Assembly (NCBI GenBank): GCA_964016885.1
Contig: OZ024743.1
Coordinates: 319,176,001-319,240,000, forward strand
Length of the DNA: 64,000 nt
Direction of reading: 5' to 3'
Source of the DNA: Eledone cirrhosa
Taxonomy: Eukaryota
The translations under genes and the position numbers were made by a program. Positions within the stretch are counted from its first letter, which is position 1. Every line of letters begins with the position of its first letter. Positions 23,701-37,431 of the stretch are shown here, one piece after another. Below the pieces are notes generated by a model. It was given only the letters and a program-made list of their open reading frames with translations, searched no databases and had not been told where the DNA came from.

Positions 23701-26390
23701 CTATCTAGGTATGACCTAGATGTTCCGCTAAGATTAGTCCACGTCCACAGTGGCACAGTCGGAAAATCTAGTCGATATCTATCGGCCAGATCAAATCGGC
23801 CGATTAACCGTTTGAGGCTGTCACACCCCCTCTATCGGGACATGCCCGTACATAGTCCCAACGTGCATGCAGGATACCATTCCAGTCCCCCACTAAAAGC
23901 AAGGAGCGAGACGTTCCCAGAAAAGTCTCTAGGCGCTGGAAGAAGTCCGGTCGCGGTGTCCCAGTAGGGGCATACGCTGCCACCAGCCTGAAGGCTCCAC
24001 CTTCACTACTGCCTACGTCTAGAACCACCAGTCGACCCTCCGAGTCCAGGTGTACCTTCCGTGTTGCGAGGCCTAGGTGTTTTCGCAGCAGAACGACCAC
24101 CCCGCCCCACCCCCCGGCTGACAGAGAGATGCATAGATCTCAAAGTTGTCGAAGATGGGGGCCAGTTGGTGCTCGCTGCTGATCCTGGACTCGCAAATAG
24201 CTATCGCATCCATTCTGTGCGACCTGAGGTCATTTAAAAGTTTGCCCTGGTTCCAGGACATCCCCAGGCCGCGCACATTTAAACATCCAACTCTTATAAC
24301 AGCCATGTTGGTGGTGAAAATTTTAGAGTGGAGAAAAAGGAAAATACACCTACCTGTCCTTCTCCTGGGGACCAGGCTGCACAATTTCCATGGGGTGGGG
24401 TGTTGGCGGGGTTGTTTGGTGGGGTGGTGGTTTGGGATGTGGTGGGGACATCAGTGTGTGGTGGGGTGGAGGTGTTTGGTGGGGGAGGGGTGTCTGGGGT
24501 GGTGGTGGGGAAATATTTCAAGAGGACGCGGTTGCTGGGTCTAGTACAGGGGTTCCCCACGTCCTCGGGAAAGTTCTGTTTGAGCATTGCGTAGGTGTCC
24601 CTTGGGACCCTAATCATTTTAAATTGCGGTTTAGTCACCGTGCTGGTGAACATTTTCCCTTCGGTTTCCACCGAAGGGTCTTTGTCTATTGTTTGCACAA
24701 GTGTTTTGTTGTTTGTGTTGATGTATGTATACTGTTTTTGTTGTGTTTGTTTTTGTTTGTTGTTCTTGTGTGTGTTTGCGTTTTGTAGTATGTGTTATGT
24801 TTTCGGGAGGGGGTGGGTTTTTTCGTTTGTGATGTTTGTTGCATTTTAGTTAATGTGGTGCCTTCTTTTCTTTCTTTTTACGGGTTGAAACGGTTCTGCC
24901 TCGTCGTCACTGGGTGACGTTGATAAGGGGTCCTCGTCCGTGTTGTTGGGGAGGGGTATATTTTGTTTTTTTTGTGGTTGCTTTTGTATTTGTTTTAGGT
25001 GGGGAGGGGTTGGCTGGGACAGTGTCTTATGTTGTTATTTTTTCGTGTTGTTGTGGTGGTGGTGGTCGTTGTGTTGTTGTGTGTGGGGTGGGCAGAAGCG
25101 GCTTTTTTTTTGGGGGGGGGGCATTTAAAAGGGGACAGGAAGCCCTCAGGTGACCACTTCTTGAACAGTGGTAGCATGAAGGCCGCCTGCCCTCAACAGA
25201 AATGTTTATGAAGGCGACTCCATCCAGGGATACACGCTGCGGTATTGTTGCTATCCGTTCTGGTCTCATTTGGACCAGAACTTCAAGGCTATTGCCGCCG
25301 AATACGCCCCCCGTGGATTCGCCCATCGAAAGGATTGTGTCCTTATCTTCTAAGAATCCCGTTAATCCCGCACACACCAAATGCTCGCATTTTGCCTGAT
25401 GCCCGAGATTCTTATCTTTTGAGTTCTTTTCCCCAAATATGTGGGGAAAAAGGTGTATGCTTTGGATACAATTGGCGACACAGAATATTTCCGTGCCGCC
25501 TATTCATCTTGCATTAAAACAGATATGCTTCCATACAGTTTCCCTTTCTGTATGAAAGCGATATCCTTCCAGGCACTACTTAGGACCAGCTCAATTTCGC
25601 TTTGGGACAATTGAGCCGGTTTCCTAATCGTGTTCGAAACTGTCCTAAAGATTACGGTCTTGAGGACTGTGTCCCTTCTAATTTCTTCGGGGGAGGTAAT
25701 TGTGAATTCCCCCCCTTCACCGAAAGTTACACAATTCCTTGCTTCTTTCAGCAATTTCTTGGCATTCGAGATGTCCAGTGCCTTGTATGTCTGCGTTTCT
25801 CGGACTGCCTGTGCGAAGGAGACTGCAGCTGTAGGTCCGTTTTTCGTTCGTGTTGTTATCATTGTTGTTGTTGTTATTCGTGTTGGCTTGCTTTTTTCCT
25901 TTGTTGGTATTGTCATGTTGGTTGTGTTGTTATTGTCATTGTTGTTGTTGTTGGTTGTGTTGTTATTGTCATTGTTGTTGTTGCTGGTTGTGTTGTTATT
26001 GTCATTGTTGTTCTTGTTTGTGTAATTGTTACTTTTGTAGTTTAAACCCATTTCCACAATTTTTTCTTTTGATTCCGTTGTGTCTTTTGCGGGAGTGAGG
26101 AGGGAAGGCTTACAGCGTTGTGCTGCTACCTTCTCTCTATCACTTTCCTTGGGGGGCGTGGCATGTGTCGTATTAATGGCGTCTATTGTCACTAAACGAC
26201 TTTTTATCGACAACTTATAACTATCAAATTTCGCCCCAAAAAGGGGCGAAATTTATTTTACCAAACGTCTGCAGGCCCAGGCGAGGGGTTAAACACAACA
26301 AATAACAAGTTACTTAAACAAACTTACCGCTTCTCGTAATAAATTCCGACAAAATGCAGGAGCGAAACAAAAACACGTCTATCTTCTCCC
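20740..26390 (-). mobile_element. Tx1/L1-clade LINE, copy B (different subfamily), full-length degenerate
   Basis: Collinear with copy A. ORF1 pieces 25500-26213 and 25027-25380 (CYHCSRSGHLRASC); ORF2 pieces with GCLNVRGL, AYAP, GDWN, SYLDRFL, SDHKLV, KSPGLDGLPYE, NFRPITLLN, DKSKAFDRVDH, IRQGCP, YADD, CPRC. Confidence 0.92.
20951..24306 (-). pseudogene. ORF2 (APE-RT-ZnF) of LINE copy B, multiple frameshifts and stops
   Basis: ORF pieces 24073-24384, 23804-24100, 23247-23756, 22911-23135, 22584-22829, 22250-22528, 21524-22159, 20951-21496. Confidence 0.9.
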
Positions 26391-26747
26391 ATTTAGATAG
26401 ATAGATAGACAGACAGACACACAGGTTTTGCTTTTGTAAGTTTTGCTGAGGAACTTACCCTCCTTACCAGACTAAGTCCTGGTGGGGGAGCCAGTTTAGT
26501 TGCCGAACACCGACCATGAAGCAGGGTTACATGGTATCATTAGCAGACAGAAGCTTGACCTGATCTTATTGTGCCTAAATAAGAAACCGTTATTAGTATC
26601 ATTATGAAATTAACTTCCCAGAAGAGCTTATATGGCGTGCGACGTAATATTGTTTGAAATAATCTTAGGTTTTTGGCTATGTTCCGACAATACATATTTT
26701 TACATGTAACCTTTTAAATCTACTTTATAGGTTTGTATTCTTAGGAT

Positions 26748-27060
26748 GTGAAGGCTCGTAGCTTAGAAGCTGGAACGTTCGGTCCATGATTGTAAGCCCA
26801 GGAATTCGTTTTGTCCTTGAGCAAGACACTTTATTTCACGCTGCCTCAGTCCACTCAACTGAAAACAAAAAGAGTTGGACCTGTAATTCAAACTGCTTGC
26901 TTTGTCATGAAATATACCATGCCTAATCTCCCCGAGAATTACGTTAAGTTTGCACGTCTGTGGACTACTCGGCTACTTGCACGTTAATTTCTCATGCATG
27001 CTGTTCCGATGTATGAACAATTGGAACACCCATCGTCGAGACCGACGGATATTCAAGAAC
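26748..27060 (+). mobile_element. Older tRNA-headed SINE (second family, ~300 bp)
   Basis: GTCCTTGAGCAAGACACTTTATTTCACG…CACGTTAATTTC blocks recur at ~30860-31140, 32000-32300, 32340-32470, 33940-34230 (minus) and 62390-62650 (minus). Confidence 0.7.
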
Positions 27061-27462
27061 AACAGCATTTCTTAGTGTTTTGAGAAATGGAAAGTTTTTT
27101 TTAGATTTGACTTAGTTATTCATTATATTTCTCTCCACTGGGGATTTTCCCAAAACAGAGAGCAATTTTCTGTACCTATACTGGGATGGCGCATCGCCTA
27201 GTGGTTACGGTGATAGCTACGTCATGTATTCGAATTCCTAACCGGGCGGCACATTATGGTTTTGAGCAAAGCACTTCATTTCACGTGTATTCAGCTGAAA
27301 ATGAATACCAACAATGACAGCTAGTGGTTAAACATGTGACTGACTAGCATTCTGTTCAGGGAACAGGGAGTCTTATACTCGTGGATATTTAACTCCAATA
27401 AAATCGGGATAAGCTCTAACCTGATAAACATCTGGGCTTGGGACAGACCGTAACCATTTTCA

Positions 27463-27677
27463 ACCTATAGTGTAAATAATTGTTTCTACTTTAGGCACAA
27501 GGCCAGCAATTATCCCAGTGCATTACTGGTACTTTATTTTATCGACCCCGCAAGGATGAAAGGCAAAGTCAACCTCGGCGGGATTTGAACTCAGATTGTA
27601 AAGGGACGTAACTATGTGGAAAGCATGGCGTCCGACCCTCTACCGATACTGCCAATCCACCTATAGTGTAAATAATT
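27463..27677 (-). mobile_element. Young tRNA-derived SINE with 19-bp target-site duplication
   Basis: ACCTATAGTGTAAATAATT at 27463-27481 and 27659-27677 flanks a complete SINE. Confidence 0.93.
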
Positions 27678-27711
27678 TGCCCTAAAAAGTTATTTATTTC
27701 GTTATTATATG

Positions 27712-28160
27712 TTAGGGCGGTGGGTTAGCAACATCGTTAGAACATCGGACAAAAGGCGTAGAGGTATTTTTTACTGCTCATTATTTTTTGGTCTCGACAG
27801 GTTGGTGGATTGGCAGTATTGGTACAGTGTCAGACACCTTGCTTTGTGGCACAGAGTTATGGTCTTTTACGTTCGCAGTTTAAATCCAGCAGAGGTTAGC
27901 TTTGCCTTTCACTCACGTGCTCGATAAAATAAAGTACCAGTAATGCGCTAGGGTCGATTTGATAGACTTTCCCTTCCCCCAAAATTGTTGGCTTTGTGCA
28001 TAAATCAGAAATAATTATATTTAGGCTCAAATCTCGCCCCTGTCAACTTTGCTTTTCATCCTTCTGGGGTCGGTAAAATAAAGGACCACTTAAGTATTGG
28101 AGTCGATTTAATCAATTTTCCCTTCACCTAAATTGTTGGCTTTTAATCTAAATTAGTAAC
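27712..28160 (+). mobile_element. Nested/tandem older SINE copies
   Basis: Two SINE cores (~27800-28020, ~28022-28160) and a separate head at 27712. Confidence 0.75.
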
Positions 28161-28769
28161 CACAATTTCTTATTACAATGTGCCAACAATTTCCAATACT
28201 GTGAGAACTACAAGTTTACCGCCTCCTCTTACAGCACCCTATATTTCTCAGAACACTTTTTAGTATTGTAACACTTTCTGAGAAAAGATTGTATATGAGG
28301 GCTTTAGAAAGATGGTAATTATATACCTCTATATCAATGAAAATCAAGAGGGCAAAGATGGTGAAATATCCTAATTAATTGCTTAATAGCATTTCTGTTC
28401 ACATTTAGTAACAATCTAGAAACTGAATAAATTCTCAATGGCCCATCATGGCAATCTGGCTTACGTCGAAAAAGTATCGACACTTCTAAGTGGGTGCCCA
28501 ACATGCTAGACATTCTACCCCATTCTTTAAAAAGAAAGGGCGCAATAGCTTATTCACTCATTTTTATTCAGAGGTCATATATTTGATACCAATGGGATGA
28601 ATACTAGCTAAAGACCTTAGCATTTTATAGTTGATATGACTGTCTGACATCCGTCTGTATACGAGAGACGATGCTGTAGCATCCAGAGATGTATTCATTT
28701 GCACTTTTGAGAGTGGCTGAACAATCCAGTACGTCAATGGCAGTTTCTACTGCATTTGCTGCAGATAAC

Positions 28770-29060
28770 CGACGATACCTGTTTAGGCTATCGTTGTCGC
28801 TCCTTCCTTCCCGCTCTTTTGCCAGCAAGGATTTCGTTCCTTGTCCGTTCTGCTGTTTTTATGCCCTTTCTGACACCGCGGTGCCAAGCTGCATCGTCAC
28901 CTGTGCATCGTTCTCAAGTGATGACGTTGATGTTGTACAGTTTTATGTCTTTCTTGCAGACATTTTTATAGCACAAGCGTAGCCGTTCCACAAGTCATAA
29001 GCCTCCTGTCAGCAGCCATACAGTCAGTCTTTGGGAATGCGCCCCAAGGCTATTCTCCTG
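28770..29060 (-). mobile_element. Probable RTE-type LINE 3' fragment
   Basis: Degenerate minus-strand coding similarity to the RT C-terminus; judged by eye only. Confidence 0.35.
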
Positions 29061-29539
29061 GGGTGTTTAAAAATCTAAAAAAGGATGAGTGCCGCCAAAT
29101 TTAAATGTAACGAAGGCGCTCATACAATTCCTCGCGAGTTCAGGGACTATAGATAGATATATTTATCTGTTATATCGATCATCAAATTAATCTGTCTATG
29201 TGTTAGAGTTGTATTCCATCAGTATGCTGAATCAAGACGTCCACAGTATAAAAAGCTAATGTTGGTCTGTGTAACATCTACTTCTATGTGCCGAGGATGA
29301 TCCACTGATTTTTTCTGAAAATGTTTAAGTATTAAACAAGATCACATTAACCCTTTTGATCACATTAACCCTTTTGAAACCAAACCACCTGAAACCGTCT
29401 TTGGTACAAAACTTTGTTTTTTAATGTTTATATTCATGTAAAAAACCTTCCATCATAATTTTCTGTAAGGACCTTTATTAAGCTATTTTCCAAACAACAA
29501 TTTAATAATGATAGAGTTAATTATATTATTAAATCCATG

Positions 29540-29720
29540 CATTGGCAGTATCGGTAGAGGGTCGGACGCCATGCTTTCCAGCATAATTACGTCCCTTTAC
29601 GGTCTGAGTTCAAATCCCGCCGAGGTTGACTTTGCCTTTCATCCTTACGGGGTCGATAAAATAAAGTACCAGTAATGTACTGGGTAATTGCTGGCCTTGT
29701 GCCAAAAGTAGAAACAATTA
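29540..29720 (+). mobile_element. tRNA-derived SINE
   Basis: Near-consensus copy. Confidence 0.9.
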
Positions 29721-29984
29721 TTTTCAAAATGATTTCAAATAAAATGGTTAACCGGTTTGGCCTCTCAATATACATTAATATCCTGTAGGTTATGACAGAG
29801 GAAATGTCTACGATGATGTGAACTGTGTTAAATTTTACTCAGTTAAAAGAATAAGTATTTGTAGAACATCATTTGAAAATTAATTTAGTAACCGTTTGTT
29901 GATTTCACCTGATATTTCTATGGTTATACATGATATAGTAAAGAAGTTAAGATGTATGATAGAATATATTATATATGATAGAAA

Positions 29985-30195
29985 GGGTGGAGGATTGGCA
30001 GTATCGGTAGAGCGTCAGACAACATGCTTTGCGGCCTTGAGTTGCAACCCTTTACGTCCTGAGTTCAAATCCCACCGAGGTTAGCTTTGCTTTTCATCCT
30101 TACGGTATCGATAAAATAAAGTACCAATAACGCACTGAGGTCGATTTAATCGACTTTGCTTTAAATTATTGGCTTGTGCCTAAATCAGAAACCGT
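29985..30195 (+). mobile_element. tRNA-derived SINE (longer subfamily)
   Basis: A/B boxes, central core, GGTCGATTTAATCGACT insert, tail. Confidence 0.85.
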
Positions 30196-31232
30196 TATAT
30201 ATGATAGGAGTTAAGCAGTATTTGGGGTGGAGATATGCTGCTGCAGTATTTTCTGCCCTAAAGAGGAAGACCAGTTTTTGTAATATTGTGAATATTATAT
30301 TAGATAATCAGTGATGCTGCCACCTAGCATTCATAGAGATACATTTACACACTTAGGTATTCGACATAGTTTCCTTGATATGTGTAATGATTGTGTCATT
30401 TTGTGGTTGAAGAGTAAAAAACTGACATGTTTTCATTGGAGGATATTTGATATATGATTATAGAATTAATACATACGTTGCAGAATCATATCACATGGAA
30501 GTGTTTAGAAACATTAGCACATCTACCAGTTTATTTAAATATATATGTAAGTATATATCATTAGACAGCATTTTTAAAATGTCGAATAGTGATTCACCCT
30601 TCGCCTCCTAAATCATTAAATCTAAAGGAGTGGTTACAATTATCGTCAATTAACTACTTCAAAGATTCTGAACCTCATTTTCATTAATACGTCATACATA
30701 GTTGATGTCATTTTCATGACTAAATATTAATTATGTTCTAGGGCGTATTCAGTTAGATCCCTTTACATTTTGGTCGCAAAACCCCATCTTTGTAAGATTG
30801 ATAAAATTAGGATTAATCTAGTACTGAGATAGATCTATTTAATAACCAATACCTATCCCTAGTGAAGGCAAGTGGTAAAGTTATAAGAGAGTTTGTATGA
30901 TGATTGAACGTTTGTGGATTCGATTCCTGGTGGTGCGCTGTGTCCTTGAGCAAGACACTTTATATCAGGTTGCCACTGTCCACACAGCTGGAGAAAATGA
31001 CTTGTAGATGTAGTCCAAAGAGCCAGTTTTATTACACGTTGTGACACACTGAATCTTCCTAGGAACTACTTTAAGGGTGCACGTGTCTGCGAAATACTCA
31101 GTCATTTTCACGTTAATTTCACATACGTTAATTTCACGTTAAAGTCACATACAGCCTTTCTTAAGCAGTTTAAGCCAGGCAGAGCCCATCCTCACTCGAG
31201 CTCTGAACACAGCAAATTTCTTCTAGAGAAGA

Positions 31233-31286
<54 letters not shown>

Positions 31287-32889
31287 GTGAGAAATAAATA
31301 TAGAGGAAGAATCAACCCCAGTACTTGACTGGTACTTTCTTATCGGTCTCTAATGGATGAAAGGCAAAATTGACCTTCGCAGAGTTTGAGCTCATATGGT
31401 AGAGAGCCGAAATTTATGTTGCAAAGTATTCTAACTCAGTTTCTAATGATACTGCCAATTTATCACTTTTATGTCTATGTTAGATGCCAGTAAAATACTT
31501 ATTATGTATTAGGCGTGGTGGGTTGGCAGAATCGGTTGAGCGACAATCCCTGGGCACATTCTTCTACATTTTGAGTTCGCATCTTACCCTTGTTGACTGC
31601 ATTCCATTTTTCTGAAAGTCAATGCAAAAAGTACCAGTCTAATATTAGGATCGTTTTTTTCCGACTTTGCACTTCTCAAACAATACGTAGATTTGTGCCA
31701 AAGAAAAAAACTCAATATTAATTGCGTCCAAATATTGATTTATACATTTTATATCATAATTATAAATGTTGTTAATTAATATGTAAAAAAATAGACAGAA
31801 ATTAGGTGAAACGGTTTCTGCTGTGTATGTACAATATTTTAAGAGCAAATAAACATATGTAATGAATGACGTCAAAGTTTTGATAATCACCTAATTCTTT
31901 GGCAGATGACTCAACCTTGTGTTTCTATTGCCATTTGTTGTCAATTACTGAATATTAACTTGGAGTGTTATTTGGCCTCACCTAGATAATGCTGTTGTAC
32001 TCTAGTAGTTTTCAAGGCTTAGTATTTGGCTCACGATAATAATGTCATGTGTTCAATCTCTAAATCTGGTGTCGCATTGTGTCCTTCAGCAAGACATTTT
32101 ATTTCATGTTGCACCACATCATCCAGCTAGCAAACATTAGTTGCCCTACAATTCAAAGGGCTAGCTTAGCTTTGTCACACATTATGTTGCACCGAATCTC
32201 TATAAGAACTACATTAAGAATGAGTGTCTTTAGAATGCTCAGCCACTTGCACATTAATTTCACGACCAAGCTGTTGATCAAACAAGAGAAACATTCGTCG
32301 TCCAACACACACACTCACATACAGACACACACACACACACCTAGTGGTTAGGTTGTTGGGCTCATGATTATAAGTTTATGATTTCGATTCCCAGTCCATA
32401 TGGTGCGTTGTCCTCTTGAGCAAGGCACTTTATTTCACGTTGTTCCGTTTTATCTGCGACGACACTGATGCCAAGTTACATTGGCCTTTGCCTTTAACCT
32501 TGAATAACGTTGTTGGTGTGGAGAGAGGAGATCGGCATGTTTGGGCATGGCAGCCGGTCATCCATACTTTGCCTAAACTTGAGCTTCGGAGAGTACTTTT
32601 CAACTGCTTACGCATAGTTATCTATGATGGAAAAAAACCTTTACCCTGGAAAATTATCTTACAAACATTTAAATTTGTTCTTTTTGCATTCTGAGTTGAA
32701 ATTATACCGGGTTGATTTTACCGTTCATTGCTCTAGAACCAATCAAATATGCACCGTAACACATGAATATTTTTTTATCTATCTTATACTCTCACCTGAA
32801 AAAATTATGTCACACTTTATAAAAATAACTACATTACGATTAATTACTAATTTTTGTTTTTTACTGAAAATTATAGATGCTTGAGCTGG

Positions 32890-33700
32890 TTGTTCGAGAT
32901 CTGAAACTTTTGTCTAGCCCAAGGTTAGAAAAATGGAACATGTAGGTGGTCACTATTTTAAAGGTTTTGGTAGACCCTTTCGCGAATCAAATATATTGCA
33001 AGATGTATATGTTAAATAGAATCAGTTCAATATCGGTAAACCCCTTTCCCCGTAGAGATTTGAACAACTAAAGTGCATTGAGATACACATATTTGTTTTA
33101 ATGAAGTAATGGAAGGATAGATGTTGACTATCAAGACAAAATTCTGTGCTTCAAGTTTGGAGTTAAAAACATTGTGAAATGGACGATTGAGATATGATTG
33201 GGGAAGAGATTAAGAGGCACACATTGTAGGTTTGATTTCGCACTTGGTAGAATTATTTTATAGATTAAACAATGAAGGCAAATAATTTGGGTTGAATGAA
33301 AGTGATTAAAATGTACGACGAAGAAATTTAAACCCTGGATATTTTCCCCAGAGAACATTCATTAGAAAAGGAATTGTATGTAAAATAGTAATGTTTTCAC
33401 GACGAGTTCTGTTAATTAGAAAGCACTTCATATAATTTATAAAAATTACTTTTGACGTTAGTTAAAAGATCAACCCGATCAAATACCTTAATAAATTTGA
33501 AACATTTCATATAGAAATTTTCAATGTTATGAAATAATATAATTGATAGCGTAAATATAAAGAGCAAAGCATATTCAACAATCCTTATCATAATACAATT
33601 TGTTTTTATTAGGGACTTGGATTTACTTAGATTACCAGGATGAGTCAAAGGGTTTTCCGTATTTCAACTTTATAGTCATGATGAACTTCCTAACAGGGTC
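32890..33700 (-). pseudogene. Highly degenerate LINE RT fragment (CR1/L2-like)
   Basis: FIKVFDRVD in ORF 33412-33648 resembles the D..KAFD.V RT motif; the rest is decayed. Confidence 0.4.
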
Positions 33701-34251
33701 TGCTCAAAAGGCCGAACTTATAATATAATGTACGAGTGTTTGTGCTTGGCTGTTGTTCAACTATTTCAATCAAGGCCTCATCTTACAAAACAGAAGGTCT
33801 CCCTGATCTTGGTTTATATTCGAGGCTGGTGTTACCTTTCTTGAAGCCGCTGAACCAGTTTTGGGCTACACATTCATAGACAGTTCCTGGTTTCCATATA
33901 ATTAATTTCTTTCGCTACTGCCCTTGCACTCAGTTTTTGTCGTCTCATTGTTAAGGAAGAGTTGTGTAAACCGGCCTTCAGACATACGCACATATATTCT
34001 GACTTCTTGCTGCTGGTTCTGCCGAGTGGATGTAAATGCTGGGCGATTAAGCATGACACAATGTGACAAGGCTGGTCCTTCGAATTACATATACAATTTA
34101 GTTTTGTCAACTGCATGAACAGTAGCAACGTGAAATAAAGTGTCTTGCCCAAGGACACAAGGCACCACTGGGAATCGAACTCACGACTTTACGATCGTGA
34201 TACGGACTACCTAAGCCAGGTGCTCTCAGACACAGTTATAATAGGAATGGT

Positions 34252-34428
34252 TATGATTTTGGCACAAAGCCAACAATTTTGTGAGGAGAGGAAATTCGAT
34301 TGAATCGTTACTGGTACTTTAGATTATCGACTCCGTAAGGATGAAAGACAAAGCTAACCTCGGCGGGATTTAAATTCAGAACGCAAAGGGACGTAACCCT
34401 CTACCGATACTGCCAATTCACTACCCTT
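34252..34428 (-). mobile_element. tRNA-derived SINE, internally deleted
   Basis: Recurrent SINE blocks. Confidence 0.8.
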
Positions 34429-35654
34429 ACAACTATAATAATAACACACACAGCACATAATCCATATAATTATTACCCAATAAAATAACGCAAAAGATAA
34501 TCTTACATAACCAACATCTTACACAAGTAATGGCGAAACTATGATACGCGTGTTAGTCGTGACACGCCTGTCAACAGTAACACGTGATGAACTTTAAATG
34601 AAATCTTAAAATATCGTGTTCTAAAAAGTTATCTAGAAGCATTTACCTAAAACTAAATCACATGTATACACGTAAATGACATTACAAAAACAGGATTATT
34701 AAAGAAATTAATATTTCGACACGATTGGCTAAACAAGTTGCCATTACCACCCGACTCAATAAGACATGCCATACATCACCAACAACATACACAAAATATA
34801 TTTTGCATAAGTGCTACACAGGGCCGGTGTTCGGGTATTTGGTGTCCTAGGCCACCCCTACAATGCGCGCTCTTTTCTTTCAGATAAGTGACCCATTCTA
34901 CCAAACAACTCGGCAAGCTGATAAACCTAGTTTCTGATACAATTTGCTGAGTGGTCACCGATATTCCCGTATACGTATTAGGCTTTGGGTGACTGATGTC
35001 AATTTTCATCCTTTTAATACTTCTTACTCTGACCACGCTAAGAAAATTATTTAACCCGCATTTTTCCACTACACAGTCCACATTCATCCACGCCAAATCA
35101 TGACCCCCTCAGCCGCTTTGGATATTTCCACAACACTGCTGTGTGGTAAGATTTTCAGCAATTTATATGTTGATTGCAGAAATTATTATGTGTATAATTT
35201 AATTACACAATTTGTATAAAATTGCGATCTTTCAAGGTTCAGTAATTCATCTATGAGGAATGCAAATTGGCAGAGTCAGATAGAATGCGTTGCTGAATTC
35301 GTTCCAGTTCTCTGAACTCTGGGTTCAAATCCTACTACGGTCAACTATGGCTTTCCTTCACCCGTGGTCGATAAAAAAAGTACTGGCCCAATACTGAAAT
35401 TATTTCTATTTCTATATATCTTTCTCACTTCTTCTCTGTATCACGCTCTCTCTTTCTCCGGAAGAAATTCTCTGTGTTCAAATATAGAGATGGGAAGCGC
35501 TCCGCAAGGTTAAGAGAAAACAATGCCCAAGAAACCCTAAGACTCCACCAGGAGTTATGGGTTCATAATATAATGCATCTATTGAAATCCACGCCATAAG
35601 CGATTGCCTAGTTGGCCTAGCGGTAGCGCCAGCTCTGTTGTCACCTAATAATAT

Positions 35655-35843
35655 AATTGTTTCTACTTTAGGCACAAGGCCAGCAATTACCCAGTGCATT
35701 ACTGGTACTTTATTTTATCGACCCCGTAAGGATGAAAGGCAAAGTCAACCTCGGCGGGATTTGAACTCAGATCGTAAAGGGACGTAACTATGCTGGAAAG
35801 CATGGTGTCTGACCCTCTACCGATACTGCCAATCCACTGCCCT
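35655..35843 (-). mobile_element. Young tRNA-derived SINE
   Basis: Full-length; flanked by an AATAATATAAT duplication. Confidence 0.92.
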
Positions 35844-35923
35844 AAATAATATAATATAAGCAAATATTACGTAGCGGACAGGATAACAACAGATTCGTCA
35901 ATAATAATATATTAATATTCATG

Positions 35924-35967
<44 letters not shown>

Positions 35968-35998
35968 ACTCTCTCTCTCCCCCTCTCTCTCTCTCTCC

Positions 35999-36051
<53 letters not shown>

Positions 36052-36053
36052 GT

Positions 36054-36241
36054 AATTGTTTCTACTTTTGGCACAAGGCCAGCAATTACCCAGTGCATTA
36101 CTGGTACTTTATTTTATCGACCCCGTAAGGATGAAAGGCAAAGTCAACCTCGGCGGGATTTGAATTCAGATCGTAAAGGGACGTAACTATGCTGGAAAGC
36201 ATGGCGTCCGACCCTCTACCGATACTGCCAATCCACCACCC
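36054..36241 (-). mobile_element. Young tRNA-derived SINE
   Basis: Full-length; flanked by a TATATAGTAAT duplication. Confidence 0.92.
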
Positions 36242-36336
36242 TATATAGTAATAATAATAAATTTGAAGACTAAAATCCAAAGAGGGCTCGATAAGGATAA
36301 ATATATATCAAATATATAAGAACCGTAGAGCAAATG

Positions 36337-36826
36337 TTTATTAAAATAACAGATTAAAGTTTAAGCAAAGAATCGCTGCTTTCACCCTTAATGGGATCTT
36401 CTGAAACTAAAAATATCAATCTGTTATTTATAACGTGGTTTTCTCTCATCGCTTTTGTTCTCATCCATCCACATAATGACCTATTATCTTCGATTTTTTC
36501 GTTCATTTCATTGCCAGAGAACGTCTCCACGAATCACCTAATAGAATATTAGTCTACGACTTCATTTATACCATAAAAGTGGTTTTGTCTTTGCGTGTAA
36601 TTGTTTTCACCGCTCCTAATTATGACGTATTATTTTCGTTTTTTCCGTTCTTTGCCAGGGAACGTTTCCACGAACCAAAGTATCGTCTTCCTGTCTTCCT
36701 TCGGTTGCAACGTTTTTTGAAATATTTACTTCTGCGTTCACAGATTGATATCTTTAGTTTCAGAAGATCCCGTTAAGGGTGAAACAGCGATTCTTTGCTT
36801 AAACTTTAATCTGTTATTTTAATAAA
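36337..36826. mobile_element. MITE-like element with ~88-bp terminal inverted repeats
   Basis: 36337-36424 is the reverse complement of 36740-36826 with few differences. Confidence 0.8.
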
Positions 36827-36840
36827 TAAATATATATATA

Positions 36841-36971
36841 TAGAAGTGATTACATAACAGTTAGTTCACCATACCGAGAAAAATTGTTTCATCTTAGCGG
36901 ATCCTCAGCTCGGATCCGCTAAGGTGAAGCAATTGTTCTCGGTATGGTGAACTGTTATGTAACCACTTCTA
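36841..36971. repeat. ~130-bp imperfect palindrome
   Basis: TAGAAGTG…AGCGGATCC(tcagctc)GGATCCGCT…CACTTCTA. Confidence 0.9.
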
Positions 36972-37049
36972 CCTAACTCGTCCCATGGACTGAGTGCGCT
37001 ACCACTACGGATATTACCTTCCAGTGCTCCACCACTATATATGTATATA

Positions 37050-37247
37050 TAACGAAGGAAGTGTGGTAAGGAACCAGATGGGCCATAACACACCAGAGTA
37101 CTCAATACTTAGGGTAGTAGAGTGGGTAATAGTGAAGATGTTTAACTCCAACGGCAGAGCTGAAGCCGTTTGGACGGATAATTCTGGACTGAATCCAGAA
37201 ATAGCCGTCGAAACGGCTTGAGCTCTTCCGTCGGGGTTAAACATTTT

Positions 37248-37252
<5 letters not shown>
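37050..37252. repeat. Dispersed repeat with ~125-bp terminal hairpin
   Basis: First ~80 bp match 4077-4160; 37129-37252 is an imperfect palindrome centred on TTCTGGA(ctgaa)TCCAGAA. Confidence 0.8.
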
Positions 37253-37284
<32 letters not shown>

Positions 37285-37431
37285 TATTTTCCGTTGTGTT
37301 GTAATATAAATATTACACACAGTAGATTATCAGCTCACGTAGAGTTTGCTCGACGGTTCCAGTTGTAGTTCCAAAAGTAATCCGGAGAAAAATAGAAAGA
37401 TTTGAATGGATACAGTTTAGTTGAAAGGAAT

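Noticed and set aside
36757-36795. CAGAAGA-tCCC(gttaa)GGGt-GAAAC in the MITE TIR, resembling an HHR core
   Set aside because: Core U4 is A in both arms, and no stem III/stem I can be formed.
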